A stretch of DNA of 64,000 nt from Mustelus asterias. Taxonomy: Eukaryota. The notes beneath the pieces are model-generated. The model made no database searches. It had not been told where the DNA came from and was given only the letters and a program-made list of their open reading frames with translations. Positions 1 to 11,149 of the stretch are shown in pieces. The position numbers were made by a program, and so were the translations under genes. How positions within the stretch are numbered: the stretch's first letter is position 1; each line of letters opens with the position of its first letter. The DNA lies in assembly GCF_964213995.1 (NCBI RefSeq), contig NC_135808.1, positions 101,990,001 through 102,054,000 of the forward strand, written 5' to 3'.

Positions 1-360
1 CTTAATAGAGGCATACAAGATGATCAGAGGATTAGATAGGGTGGATAGTGAGAGCCTTTTTCCTCGGATGGTGATGGCTAGCACGAGGGGACATAGCTTT
101 AAATTGAGGGGTGATAGATATAGGACAGATGTTAGAGGTAGGTTCTTTACTCAGAGAGTAGTAAGGGCGTGGAATGCCCTGCCTGCAGCAGTAGTGGTCT
201 TGTCAACCTTAAGAGCATTCAAATGGTTATTGGATAAACATATGGTTGATATTGGAATAGTGTAGATTAGAGGGGTTTTAGATTGGTTCCACTGGTCGGC
301 GCAACATCGAGGGCTGAAGGGCCTGTACTGCGCTGTAATGTTCTATGCTCTATGTTCTAT
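1..360 (+). mobile_element. CR1-type LINE 3' end (window edge)
   Basis: ORF 20-265 has CR1 ORF2 C-terminal motifs (TRGHSFKL, FFTQRVVRAWNALP); 3' UTR GGGCTGAAGGGCCTGT and (TTCTATG)n tail. Confidence 0.92.
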
Positions 361-814
361 CTCTATTTGTGCTCATGGCGAATGTGAGCGCAAAATCGCA
401 GCGAGTCATTTATTTATGGTTTGTTCCTTCAACACAATAAGAATGTTTCTCAGGAGTTCCTTCAGAACTCTTTGCAGGTCAAATGAGTTCTGTGGCTGGA
501 AAAGTTTGGGAAGTCCTGGTGTACATCATCAGTGATATAAAACTACATGTTAACAGAGCATTGAGAGATAGCTCAGTGTCGAGCATTACTTGGAGACTAC
601 CTTGTAAATAGTTAGCATAATGTTAAATAGACATTGTTAACAGTATTACCTCCAGCCTTATCAATAAGACCAGGACCACAACTACTGAGTATCAGAACAA
701 ACACAACAACAGAATAAGAAAATGGGCTTTGAGTACATTTCAAAACTCAACCCTCTGAGGAAAACCTAAGCCCAGGACTTAATAGGCATGCTCTTTTGAA
801 AAAATTGTGTGTTA

Positions 815-1410
815 TGGGTATTGCTGGCTGGGCCAACATTTATTGCCTATCCCTAATTGACCTTGAACTGAGTGACTTGGTCAGCTATTTCAGAGGGCAT
901 TTAAGAGTCAACCACATTGCTGTGATCTGGATACATGTGTAGGCCAAACCAGGTAAGGGCAGCAGACTTTCTTCCCTAAAGGACATTAATGAACCAGATG
1001 GGTTTTTATGACAACCGATTCATGGTCATCATTAGATTTTTAATTCCAGCTTCTGTTGGATTCAGATTTCACCATCTGCCACGGTGGAATCCAAACCCAG
1101 GTCCCGAGAGCATTAAGATTAAAGCAAAATACTGCGGATGCTGAAATCAAAACAGAAAATGTTGGAAAATCTCAGCAGTTCTGACAGCATCTGTGGGGAG
1201 AGAGTAGAGTCAACATTTCGAGTTTGGATGACTCTTCATCAAAGCCCAAAAGAGCTCTGACAAAGGGTCATCTTGAATCGAAACATTGGCTCTATTCTCT
1301 CCCCACAGATGCTGTCACAACTGCTGAGATTTTCTAGCATTTTCTGTTTTTGTCCCTCGAGCATACCCTAGGTCTTTGGATTAGTGACAATACCACTACA
1401 CCATCGCCTT
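815..1410 (-). mobile_element. tRNA-derived SINE (family A, LINE-derived tail), interrupted by a Penelope-derived fold-back
   Basis: Matches copies at 3985-4316, 7780-9765 and 35700-36040; tRNA-like head at ~1360-1410 resumes after the insert. Confidence 0.8.
1116..1355. mobile_element. Penelope pLTR-derived inverted repeat with degenerate hammerhead motifs
   Basis: ~100-bp arms (~1150-1245 and ~1255-1352) are imperfect reverse complements; minus strand reads TGATGAAGAGTCATCCAAACTCGAAA. Confidence 0.7.
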
Positions 1411-1978
1411 CCCCTGCAATGGGAGGGAAGCTGACAGCAAGAGGCGCAAAGTCATATTGTCTGCAGGTTGCCCACTGAACAGGTGAGGCAATAAGATCCA
1501 CTGTTCTGCCTTTGCTAAGCCCTGGAAGAAAATGTTTTTAAATTTATGAAGTTCCTCCTATGGACCTCTTCCAGCTTCCAACCCAGTTCCGAGTTGGGTT
1601 GCCAGAGTGGAAAACTGATAGCCATGTATATGGAAAAATTGGTTAGTAAGGGGGCAGGATCTTAACTGCCCATCCATCAGGTTTCTGCTGGGGAAATATA
1701 TTCACAAGTAATTTTCAGAACTTCAAAGCACACAAGATCATTATACCGTTAAGATTAGTTATCTCTAATGAAGTCGCACATAGCTGAACAATGCTGATGT
1801 GTTATTTAAATTCAAATAAGAGAGGTTTTCAATTCTAGGAAAACTGGGAAAACAAATGAAGAGTTTATGGACTAATTGAACCCCTGAATTGGCATTGGCC
1901 TTTGGGTAATTTCAGTTGCGAATAACTATGTTAGACTCTAAGGAAGCCATCACCAGTCCACTTTCTGGTCAGAAATAT

Positions 1979-2434
1979 TATGGTGTAGGAGATACTGGCA
2001 TTGGACTGGGGTAGGCACAGTAAGAAGTCTCACAACACCAGGTTAAAGTCCAACAGGTTTATTTGGTAGCACGAGCTTTCGGAGCGCTGCTCCTTCATCA
2101 GGTAAGTGGGAGTTGGGTTCACAAACAGGGCATCTATAGACACAAACTCAATTATAAGATAATGGATGGAATGCGAGTCTTAACAGGTAATCAAGTCTTT
2201 ATGGGTACAGACAACGTGAGTGGAGAGAGGTTTAATCACAGGTTAAAGAGGTGTGTATTGTCTCCAGTCAGGACAGTTAATGAGATTTTGCAAGCCCAGG
2301 CAAGTCGTGAGGGTTACAGATAGTGTGACATGAATCCAAGATCCTGGTTCAGGCCGCCCTCATGTGTGCGGAACTTAGCTATCAGTTTCTGCTCGGCAAT
2401 TTTGCATTGTCATGTGTCTTGAAGGCCGCCTTGG
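1979..2434 (-). mobile_element. Penelope-like element 3' end (GIY-YIG C-terminus plus pLTR with hammerhead motif)
   Basis: Minus 2434-2314 translates QGGLQDT*QCKIAEQKLIAKFRTHEGGLNQDLGFMSHYL*; the pLTR matches the 38222-38572 insert. Confidence 0.85.
2070..2104 (-). ncRNA. Minimal (Penelope-type) hammerhead ribozyme motif
   Basis: UAC-CUGAUGA-A-GGAGC-AGC-GCUCC-GAAA-GCUC-GUG: core, helix II and palindromic AGCU helix III; activity untested. Confidence 0.65.
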
Positions 2435-2544
2435 ATTAGGTTAAGTGTACAAATAAATATTTAAATCAACGGGTAAATTTACAATACAACTGCATTGCCA
2501 GTACTAAACAAAGGCTACCCTTAGAGTGTAACTGGCAAATGATA

Positions 2545-2995
2545 ATTTGCATTTATATAGCACCTTTAACTGAGACAGATGTTCCGAGATGCTTCACAAA
2601 GATGTAATCAAATTAGAAAAGGATGCCAAGTTTAAAAAAAAGCTTTCAGAAGACTGGTTTTAAATGCAGATCTTAAAGATTAGGCAGAAGTGGAAAAGCA
2701 GACGGGTTGAGGGAGAAAATTCTGGAGTTTCAGGTTTAGGCAGCTGAAGTTACAGACATCAGTCAGCACTGAAGGGAGAGAGGGGAATTGCACCAGAGGT
2801 CAGAGTGAAAGGAATGAAGAGTTTGGCAACGGTGAGAGTGGGGTGGGGGTGAGGGTGTTGGGCTGCAAGAGGTCACAGACAGAGCCATGATGAGATTTAA
2901 ATATAAGAAAGGACATTTTATTTGGAGGTGTCGGGAGATCAGTAGCCCAATGTAGGTTAGTGAAGGTGAGGATGGTCGATGAGTAGACCTTAAAT
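2545..2995 (-). mobile_element. Old L2-type LINE 3' fragment
   Basis: GGTGCTATATAAATGCAA-type terminus; degenerate LHW...FLIFKSHHG residues. Confidence 0.65.
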
Positions 2996-3984
2996 CTGAA
3001 CACATCCTGCTTCAGTTTTGGCTGAGTTTGAACTTTTCATCCAGTTTGCACGATGTGAGTTTTGTCTCATTGCTAAGACTAAACCGCTTCCCCCTGATGT
3101 TGAACTTGTGGTGTGACTGTGCCCTGAGAAGCACCATCTGCTGAGTGTGATAAATTATTTTCAGTGCGACAAATTGAACAGATATTTTTACTTTCCTATT
3201 ACAATTAAAATCAATAATCTCATTTATGCGGCGTGCTTTAGCAATAATTACACTGCAACTGATGTGTATTCATATGCATCTGCAGCCTTGTATTCAATTT
3301 TTTGCTATTTATTTTAAACATACATACATTGTATAAACTGCTAAATTTTGCACTTGGGTTATATCCCATTGTTTTAGTCCATTACAATTTTACAAGATTT
3401 TCAGCTAAGTCCTTCAGTAAATATATAAAACTATGGAAGCTTTCTGCATGCTTTTGTGTTATTGAGTATCAAAGAGAATGTTTAAAATCCAAAGGGATGA
3501 GTATCCATTCTTTATGCTGCAGTTGAATCTGAGTTTTGTATCAATCATAGAATAGAAATCAAAGGTCACTATTTCTTCCTTTGAAAAACAAGATACTGTT
3601 TCTCTTTCATTTGCTCATCAAAGTGATGAAGCCTTTATACAAATTGACTACAGGGGTAACATAAATATATCCACAATGACTGAATGTTGTACTCTACTTT
3701 GATTTTTAATAAGTATTTTTTCTGGTACACAATAGTATAGCTGTCTTTTCATAGCTGCCCCTGAAACCTGATATGGAGCTCCCAGCTGGTGGTAAGTGTG
3801 CATAGTTCATTGTATGTTGTCATGCATTGGTCTTTGATTGACGGTTGCTTGAACATTCTGATGATTAAACTACCTTGAAATCTCTGTCAAAGATAAAGGA
3901 TTTTCAATAGTACTCAGTTTAAAACCAGTATACATTTTAACTGTTTTTGCGATGGAGGGTGTTTTTTCTGATATTAATTTCTTT

Positions 3985-4316
3985 TATTTGTTCGTGGGAC
4001 ATGGGCATCGCTGGCTGGCCAGCATTCATTGCCCATCTATAGTTGCCCTTGGAGGGCAGATGAGAATCAACCACATTGCTGTGGGTAAGGAAGGCAGATT
4101 TCCTTCCTGAAAGGACATTAGTGAACCAAATGGGTTTTTCTGACAATCGACAATGGTTTCATAGACATCAGTAGACTTTTAATTCCAGGTTTTTCAAAAT
4201 TTGAATTCAAATTTTGCCATCTGCCGTGACGGGATTCAAACCCAGGTCCCCAAAACATTAGCTGAGTTTCTGCATTGATAGTCTAGCAATAATACCACTA
4301 GGCCATCTTCTCCCCT
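3985..4316 (-). mobile_element. tRNA-derived SINE family A
   Basis: B-box-like GGTTTGAATCCC on minus; tail shared with the LINE end at 29100-29165. Confidence 0.8.
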
Positions 4317-4504
4317 TGATATTGATGCTCACACAAATTAATATGAACAACTCCTGTCCTTTTCTGGTGAGAGTAGAGATGTTCACAGCACATCCTTAAG
4401 CACACTGATGGTGTCTGTCATTGTTCTTGGCTCTTGAGTCAGAACATTGTGGGTCTGCTCTCATTCCAGACACTTGAGCAGAAAATAAAGGCTGACACTT
4501 TAAT

Positions 4505-5362
4505 TGATTTTGATTTGATTTGATTTATTATTGTTACATGTATTGACATACAGTGAAGTTTCTTGAGCGCTATACAGACAAAACATACCATTCATAGAGA
4601 AGGAAAAGAGAGAGTGCAGAATGTAGTGTTACAGTCATAGCTAGGGTGTAGAGAAAGATCAACTTAATGCAAGGCAAGTCCATTCAAAAGTCTGATGGCA
4701 GCAGGGAAGAAGCTGTTCTTGAGTCTGTTGGTATGTGACCTCAGACTTTTGTATCTTTTTCCCAAAGGAAGAAGGTGAAAGAGAGAATATTCGGGGTGCG
4801 TGGGGTCCTTAATTATGCCGGCTGCTTTGCTGAGGCAGCGGGAAGTGCAGACAGAGTCAATGGATGGGAGGCTGGTTTGCATGATGGATTGGGCTGCATT
4901 CACAACCTTTTGTAGTTCCTTGCGGTCTTGGGCAGAGCAGGAGCCATACCAAGCTGTGATACAACCAGAAATAATGTTTTCTATGGTGCATCTGTAAACG
5001 GTGAGAGTCGTAGCTGTCATGCCAAATTTCCTTAGTCTTCTGAGAAAGCAGAGGCGTTGGTGGGCTTTCTTAACTATAGTGTCAGCATGGGGGAACCAGG
5101 ACAGGTTGTTGGTGATCTGGACACCCAAAAACTTGAAGCTCTCAACCCTTTCTACTTCAACCCCACTGATGTAGACAGGGGCATGTTCTCCTTTACGCTT
5201 CCTGAAGTCAATGACAATCTCCTTCATTTTGTTGACATTGAGGGAGAGATTATTGTTGCCGCACCAGTTCACCAGATTCTCTATCTCATTCCTGTACTCT
5301 GTCTCATCATTGTTTGAGATCCGACCCACTACGGTGATGCCGTCAGCAAACTTGAAAATCGA
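4505..5362 (-). mobile_element. Rex1/Babar LINE, 5'-truncated
   Basis: ORF 4664-5473: KFADGITVVG, LSLNVNKMKEIVIDFRK, SFKFLGV, RLKNSFFPAAIRLLN; (AAATC)n tail. Confidence 0.9.
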
Positions 5363-5705
5363 ATTAGGAGAGAGTGCAACAGTAGAAATTTGATCAATGC
5401 ACTGGTCCTGTGCCAGCACTGAGATTTGCATGAGTCCACACTGGCACACAGAAGCTGGTACTACACTGTCCAAACCTAATTAAAATATATATTAGTGTGT
5501 TCTAGAATGCAGCCTCATTTCTCCAGAAATTACAATACCTTGCATCACTGCTATAGTTAAAAATAAGGTTGTAACAGCCAGCAAGCCTGCCAGCAGAGAC
5601 ACTCTTAAGCATCTACTAATTGCTTTCAAATTTCCTCAGCTTGTTCATTGATTGGCAAATGTTTTTCCTGCTGCTATTTTGATTTGAGATAATCTTGGAT
5701 TTTTT

Positions 5706-5835
5706 GGCCGGGATTTTACCGGCATGCCTGCCCCGATTCCGGGGGCGGGCGGGTGAGGCTCGGAGAACGGCATTCTCCGTTGGCCTCGGGTGGGATTGTG
5801 CAAACCTCAGGCGGACGTGCAGTGAAATTCCGCCC
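5706..5835. mobile_element. ~130-bp MITE, Harbinger-like TIRs
   Basis: Ends GGCCGGGATTTTAC ... GTGAAATTCCGCCC; homologous to 7993-8119. Confidence 0.75.
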
Positions 5836-5929
5836 TCTATCTAACATGAAGTAGAAGTCAATTGTATGTAGTTGCCTATAGATTTGGAATTGCCCTTCGC
5901 AAAGCAGTCAACCATGTTGCCTGTCCAAA

Positions 5930-7250
5930 ATTATTTGCCATGCATGGTCATTTCTTTACAGATTCCACTGGCTTGTCTTGAGGTGCAATATCAAGATGAA
6001 ATGAAGCAGCAATGTAGGAAGGGGCCACATAGCAGGCAACTTACACCCCCCCCCCCCCCGGAATCCTTCATGTCCACTCACCCAGGATGCACTGTAGAAC
6101 CAATGAGCCATGTTTAACAGTGCCATGTAAGTCTTGAAATGCACTTAGAAAAATTCAGAAATCTTCTTTGAAAAAGATTGCTGCTCTTACAAGCCTATCA
6201 AAGTGTCAATCAAACAAAACCATTACAAATCAATAACAGAAGCTTTACCTCACTTCACATCTCTTAATCTTGCCCCAGTAGGCAATACAAACATTGAAAG
6301 AAAGAGTTCAAAGAAAGAACAATTTATTAAAAACTCAAAAAGATGTCAAACAATCGAAGCAAGCATTCCCCTCACCCTGTGAAAACAGACCCCTGCTAAG
6401 CAAATTCAGTAGTGAGTCTTGGAGCTCAGCCAAGCATTCATAATAAGGCCAAGAGGAAAAGAAGATGTTTGGCCATCTATTTCAGTTGCTACAGTTCACA
6501 GACGGCCTCATAATGGCTCTGGCTCTGTCCTGGTTGGCACTTCTTGGTCTTCATCCTTCGATGTGGAGTTGCCAATTTCCTCTATGGGTTTAAGCCTTCT
6601 CAGCCAATGATGATAACCTGCAGAGGAGAACAACAAGAAAGACATTAAGGAGAAGATTTGTCTATCAGGAAACCACAGTTTTTTGTGAGTCTCTAATGTG
6701 CTGATGTCTCAACACCAAGATGGAGGCATTTCCACTGTCTGGTTAATCAGCTTTGCCAACTGTACCGGCCACATTGCCCACCCGCAAGCTCCATGGATTT
6801 TTCCGCACATGGCATAAGAACTTTCACGTTGGGCAGACCTCCTCCTGTCTTGGCCCACTCCCTGGCATTGAAGCTGAATAGGGGAGAGTGATGTCACTCC
6901 AAGAGGATGATCTGGGGGGGGGGGGGGTTGCTTCCTGAAAGCTGTCAAGTGGGAAGAGGCTGTGAGGCCCCAAACAAAATGTTTAATGGCTCTCTAGGTG
7001 GAGGATTTTGCTGCAAATTTGCTTTCAGCTTTCCCTGCTCGCAGGGAGTGGATGCTTACAGAGGCAAGCCTTTTAAAGCCTATTCAAACTTGGAATTGAG
7101 TCAACTGATAATGAGGGTGGGCGCCTCTTGCCCTTTCCACTGCACGTGGACATCTGCCCACCATTGTGACTCTTGTGGCACATGAGCGGAAGTGGCATCC
7201 ATGTTTGGTCCCACTATTGGTAGTCACACTCTTCTGATTAAATTCACCCA
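5930..7250 (-). mobile_element. Degenerate Harbinger remnant with Myb-gene exon relics
   Basis: Minus ~6870-6770 reads FNAREWAKTGGGLPNVKVLMPCAEKSMELAG, resembling exon 2 of the Myb-like gene at 51883-51727; TIR-like AAATTCACCC at ~7249. Confidence 0.5.
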
Positions 7251-7992
7251 AAGAGCCCATTCAAACTCTCATCGTTTAATGAAAAGGAATCAGAGACAAC
7301 ACATCAACAACTTGCATTGATAATAACACCTTTAATCTAGTGAACTGTTCCAAGGTGCTTCACAGGCATATAATTAAACAACATTTGCACTGAGCCACTT
7401 CATTAAATCTTAGGACAGGTGACCAGAAGGTTAGGTTTTGTGGAGTGTCATAAAAGACCATAAGACGCAGGAGCAGAATTAGGCCAATCGGCCCAACGAG
7501 TCTGCTCCGCCATTCAATCATGGCTGTTTTTTTTTCTCATCCCCATTCTCCTGCCTTTTCCCCATAACCCCTGAAAGTTGAATTCAAATTTCACCATCTC
7601 CCGTGACGGGATTCAAACCCGGGTCCCCAGAACATTATCTGAGTTCCTGCATTAATAGTCTAGTGATAATACCACTAGGCTATCGTCTGCAGCAAAGTAG
7701 AGAGGTTTGAAAGAGGGAATTACAGAACATTGGGCCTATAGGCAGCTGATTTAATAAAAACATGACATTTTTTCGCATATTCTTTCACAGGATGTGAGGG
7801 CAGCTGGTCAAGTCTGCCAGTTGTTGCCCATCCCTAATTGCCCTTCAACTTAGCAGTCTACTAGACCATTTCAGACAGCAGTTACCCTGCAGTCACATGT
7901 AGACCACACCAAGTAAGGATGGTAGATTTCCTTCTCTAAAGAAGGCATTGGTGAACAAGAAGAGTTTTTGCAACAATTGACGATAGATTCAT

Positions 7993-8119
7993 GGGTCGGA
8001 ATTTTACCGCCACACCTGCCCCGGAATCAGGGCGGGCACGTCTCACAGAACAGAATTCTCCGTTGGCCTCGGGCGGGATTTTACTAGTCTCGCCCAAGCG
8101 AGGTCATAAAATACCAGCC
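7993..8119. mobile_element. MITE, Harbinger-like
   Basis: TIRs GGGTCGGAATTTTA / TAAAATACCAGCC; interrupts a SINE. Confidence 0.75.
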
Positions 8120-8169
8120 ACGGTCACTATTAATGAAGCTAGGTTTCAATTCCAGATTTATGAATTGAA

Positions 8170-9650
8170 TTGATCTTTGATCGTCAATGGAGACGGGAGA
8201 GGTTCCGGAGGATTGGAGGATTGCAGATGTGGTCCCTATATTCAAGAAAGGGAACAGGGACAGCCCGGGAAATTACCGACCGGTGAGTCTAACCTCAGTG
8301 GTTGGTAAGTTGATGGAGAGGATCCTGAGAGACAGGATTTATGATCATCTAGAGAAGTTTAGTATGATCAAAAGTAGTCAGCACGGCTTTGTCAAGGGCA
8401 GGTCGTGCCTTACGAGCCTGGTTGAGTTCTTTGAAAATGTGACCAAACACATTGACGAAGGAAGAGCGGTGGATGTGGTCTATATGGACTTCAGCAAGGC
8501 GTTCGATAAGGTCCCCCATGCAAGACTTCTTGAGAAAGTGAGAGGGCATGGGATCCAAGGGGCTGTTGCCTTGTGGATCCAGAACTGGCTTGCCTGCAGA
8601 AGGCAGAGAGTGGCTGTGGAGGGGTCTTTCTCTGCATGGAGGTCAGTGACCAGTGGAGTGCCCCAGGGATCTGTTCTGGGATCCTTGCTGTTTGTCATTT
8701 TCATAAATGACCTGGATGAGGAAGTGGAGGGATGGGTTGGTAAGTTTGCTGACGACACCAAGGTAGGTGGTGTTGTGGATAGTTTGGAGGGATGTCAGAA
8801 GTTGCAGCGAGACATAGATAGAATGCAAGACTGGGCGGAGAAGTGGCAGATGGACTTCAACCCGGATAAGTGTGTAGTGATCCATTTTGGCAGATCCAAT
8901 GGGATGAAGCAGCAGTATAATATGAAGGGTACCATTCTTAGCAGTGTAGAGGATCAGAAGGACCTTGGGGTCCGGGTCCATAGGACTCTTAAATCGGCCT
9001 CACAGGTGGAGGATGCGGTCAAGAAGGCGTACGGCGTACTAGCCTTCATTAATCGAGGGATTGAGTTTAGGAGTCGGGAGATAATGCTGCAGCTTTATAG
9101 GACCCTGGTTAGACCCCACTTGGAGTACTGCATGCAGTTCTGGTCACCTCATTACAGGAAAGATGTTGAAGCCATTGAAAGGGTGCAGAGGAGATTTACA
9201 AGGATGTTGCCTGGATTGGGGGGCATGCCTTATGAGGATAGGTTGAGGGAGCTTGGTCTCTTCTCCCTGGAGAGACGAAGGATGAGAGGTGACCTGATAG
9301 AGGTTTACAAGATGTTGAGAGGTCTGGATAGGGTAGACTTTCAGAGGCTATTTCCAAGGGCTGAAATGGTTGCTACGAGAGGACACAGGTTTAAGGTGCT
9401 GGGGGGTAGGTACAGAGGAGATGTCAGGGGTAAGTTTTTGACTCAGAGGGTGGTGGGTGAGTGGAATCGGCTGACGTCGGTGGTGGTGGAGGCAAACTCG
9501 TTGGGGTCTTTTAAGAGACTTCTGGATGAGTACATGGGATTTAATGGGATTGAGGGCTATAGATAGGCCTAGAGGTAGGGATATGATCGGCGCAACTTGT
9601 GGGCCGAAGGGCCTGTTTGTGCTGTGGCTTTCTATGTTCTATGTTCTATG
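8170..9650 (+). mobile_element. CR1 LINE, 5'-truncated, young
   Basis: Uninterrupted RT ORF, (TTCTATG)n tail, GAATTGA at both junctions (possible TSD). Confidence 0.95.
8187..9566 (+). CDS. CR1 ORF2 reverse transcriptase domain and C-terminus (459 aa, partial)
   Basis: NYRPVSLTS, YMDFSKAFDKVPH, GVPQGSVLG, KFADDTK, LVRPHLEY. Confidence 0.93.
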   Translation: METGEVPEDWRIADVVPIFKKGNRDSPGNYRPVSLTSVVGKLMERILRDRIYDHLEKFSMIKSSQHGFVKGRSCLTSLVEFFENVTKHIDEGRAVDVVYMDFSKAFDKVPHARLLEKVRGHGIQGAVALWIQNWLACRRQRVAVEGSFSAWRSVTSGVPQGSVLGSLLFVIFINDLDEEVEGWVGKFADDTKVGGVVDSLEGCQKLQRDIDRMQDWAEKWQMDFNPDKCVVIHFGRSNGMKQQYNMKGTILSSVEDQKDLGVRVHRTLKSASQVEDAVKKAYGVLAFINRGIEFRSREIMLQLYRTLVRPHLEYCMQFWSPHYRKDVEAIERVQRRFTRMLPGLGGMPYEDRLRELGLFSLERRRMRGDLIEVYKMLRGLDRVDFQRLFPRAEMVATRGHRFKVLGGRYRGDVRGKFLTQRVVGEWNRLTSVVVEANSLGSFKRLLDEYMGFNGIEGYR

Positions 9651-10439
9651 AATTGAAACCCCACCAGCTGCCGTTGTTGAGATTTGAAACCCATGTCCCA
9701 AAGAGCAAGAGGCTGGGTCACTGGATTACTAACCCAATGACGTTACCACTTCACCATTGTCTCCATAGGGCACGGGGGGTTACAATTATAAATACCAGTT
9801 TTTATGGTGCTCTCCTCTCTAAATATAGCACTGCAGTATTTACTGATTGTAATACTAGCATTGAGTGTATTTTCACTTTAGCTTGAGTTCAATGCCACAT
9901 TCCTGGTCTTTCTCTGGTATGCAGCTGGAAATTGAGTTTCCATTTGATCATTTGAATTTGTGTCTAACCCATTTCTTTGATAATAGTGCTCTGAATCAAT
10001 GCTCAGTAGAAAAGTTTTGAAAGCTGTGTGTGTGCCAGATTGCCTGGTGCTGTGTGTCAATGTGTAATGGTTAACATGTGTTGCATTTATACACTTTAAA
10101 AATTAATTTTAATTATCCCATTTTAAAGTATGGTATAGGAAAGCCGCAAGTGCTGTAAATGCTGCAGAAATGTTTCAGCGAGGGTACAATTATCAGCATG
10201 AGGGTCTGAGACAGACACTGAGGTGGCCAATGATTTTTGCTTGCTGCTTTTTGGCAATATCATCTGGGGATGTAAACAAGATGCTTTTACTTGTAGGAGG
10301 GTAACAGTGTGGTTGGAATGGGCAGCAGTGGAGGCCAGGGGGTGGTCGGGGATGGGGTGGCCGGGGATGGCAGCAGGTGACGTGCGAGAAGCATTTGAAG
10401 ACTCTGAGTCTGTACCCGATGGAGTTTAGAAGGATGAGG

Positions 10440-10808
10440 GAGGAATCCCATTGAACCTTACAGAATACTGAAAGGCCTGGATAGAGTGGATGTGGGAAAG
10501 AGGTTCCCATTAGTAGGTGAGACTAGGATCCTAAAATAAAGAGACGACCCTTTAGAACCGAAATGAGGAGGAACTTCTTCAGCCAGAGGGTGGTGAATCT
10601 ATGGAATTCATTGCCACAGAAGGCTGTGGAGACCAGGTCATTCAGTGTATGTAAGACAGAGATTGATAGGTTCTTGATTGGTAAGGGGATCAAAGGTTAC
10701 AGGGAATAGGTGAGAGAATGGGATTCAGAAACTTATCAGCCATGATTGAATGGTGGAGCAGACTTGATGGGCTGAATGGCCTAATTCTGTTCCTATTTCT
10801 TACAGTTT
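10440..10808 (+). mobile_element. CR1 3' fragment
   Basis: RRNFFSQRVVNLWNSLP-encoding sequence and GGGCTGAATGGCCT tail. Confidence 0.85.
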
Positions 10809-11149
10809 TATGGTCTGCAAAATTACATGATGTGGGGAGGATCTGTAACGTCATTATGCTGGGGTTGCATTTTACAAGCGGCGGTGGATGGGAACCTGTG
10901 TGAGAATGGCATGTGCTTTTTTGAAACAAGGCAATTTAAAGTATTTAACATGATTAAGGATCCAATAGAAGCTGATTTTACAGGCCGAATTTTACAATAC
11001 GTGTATGGGTGATGTGGTGCGTTGCAGCCTTGGCACGTTTCTAAGGGCAGCAACAGGTCAGCATTTATTGTCCCACAGTGTTTAGCATGGAGGAGTGAAA
11101 GTTTAATTGCCCTATTCTGACTTTGAGCTTTTAGAATGAGGTGCAATTC

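Larger units (their letters stand above)
7780..9765 (-). mobile_element. SINE family A copy split by a MITE and a CR1 insertion
   Basis: Pieces 7780-7992, 8120-8170 and 9650-9765 join colinearly with the other family A copies. Confidence 0.7.

Noticed and set aside
6375-6618. Host coding exon on minus (YHHWLRRLKPIEEIG...)
   Set aside because: An in-frame stop precedes the donor and the context resembles a Harbinger Myb-gene remnant; kept only as an exonisation candidate.
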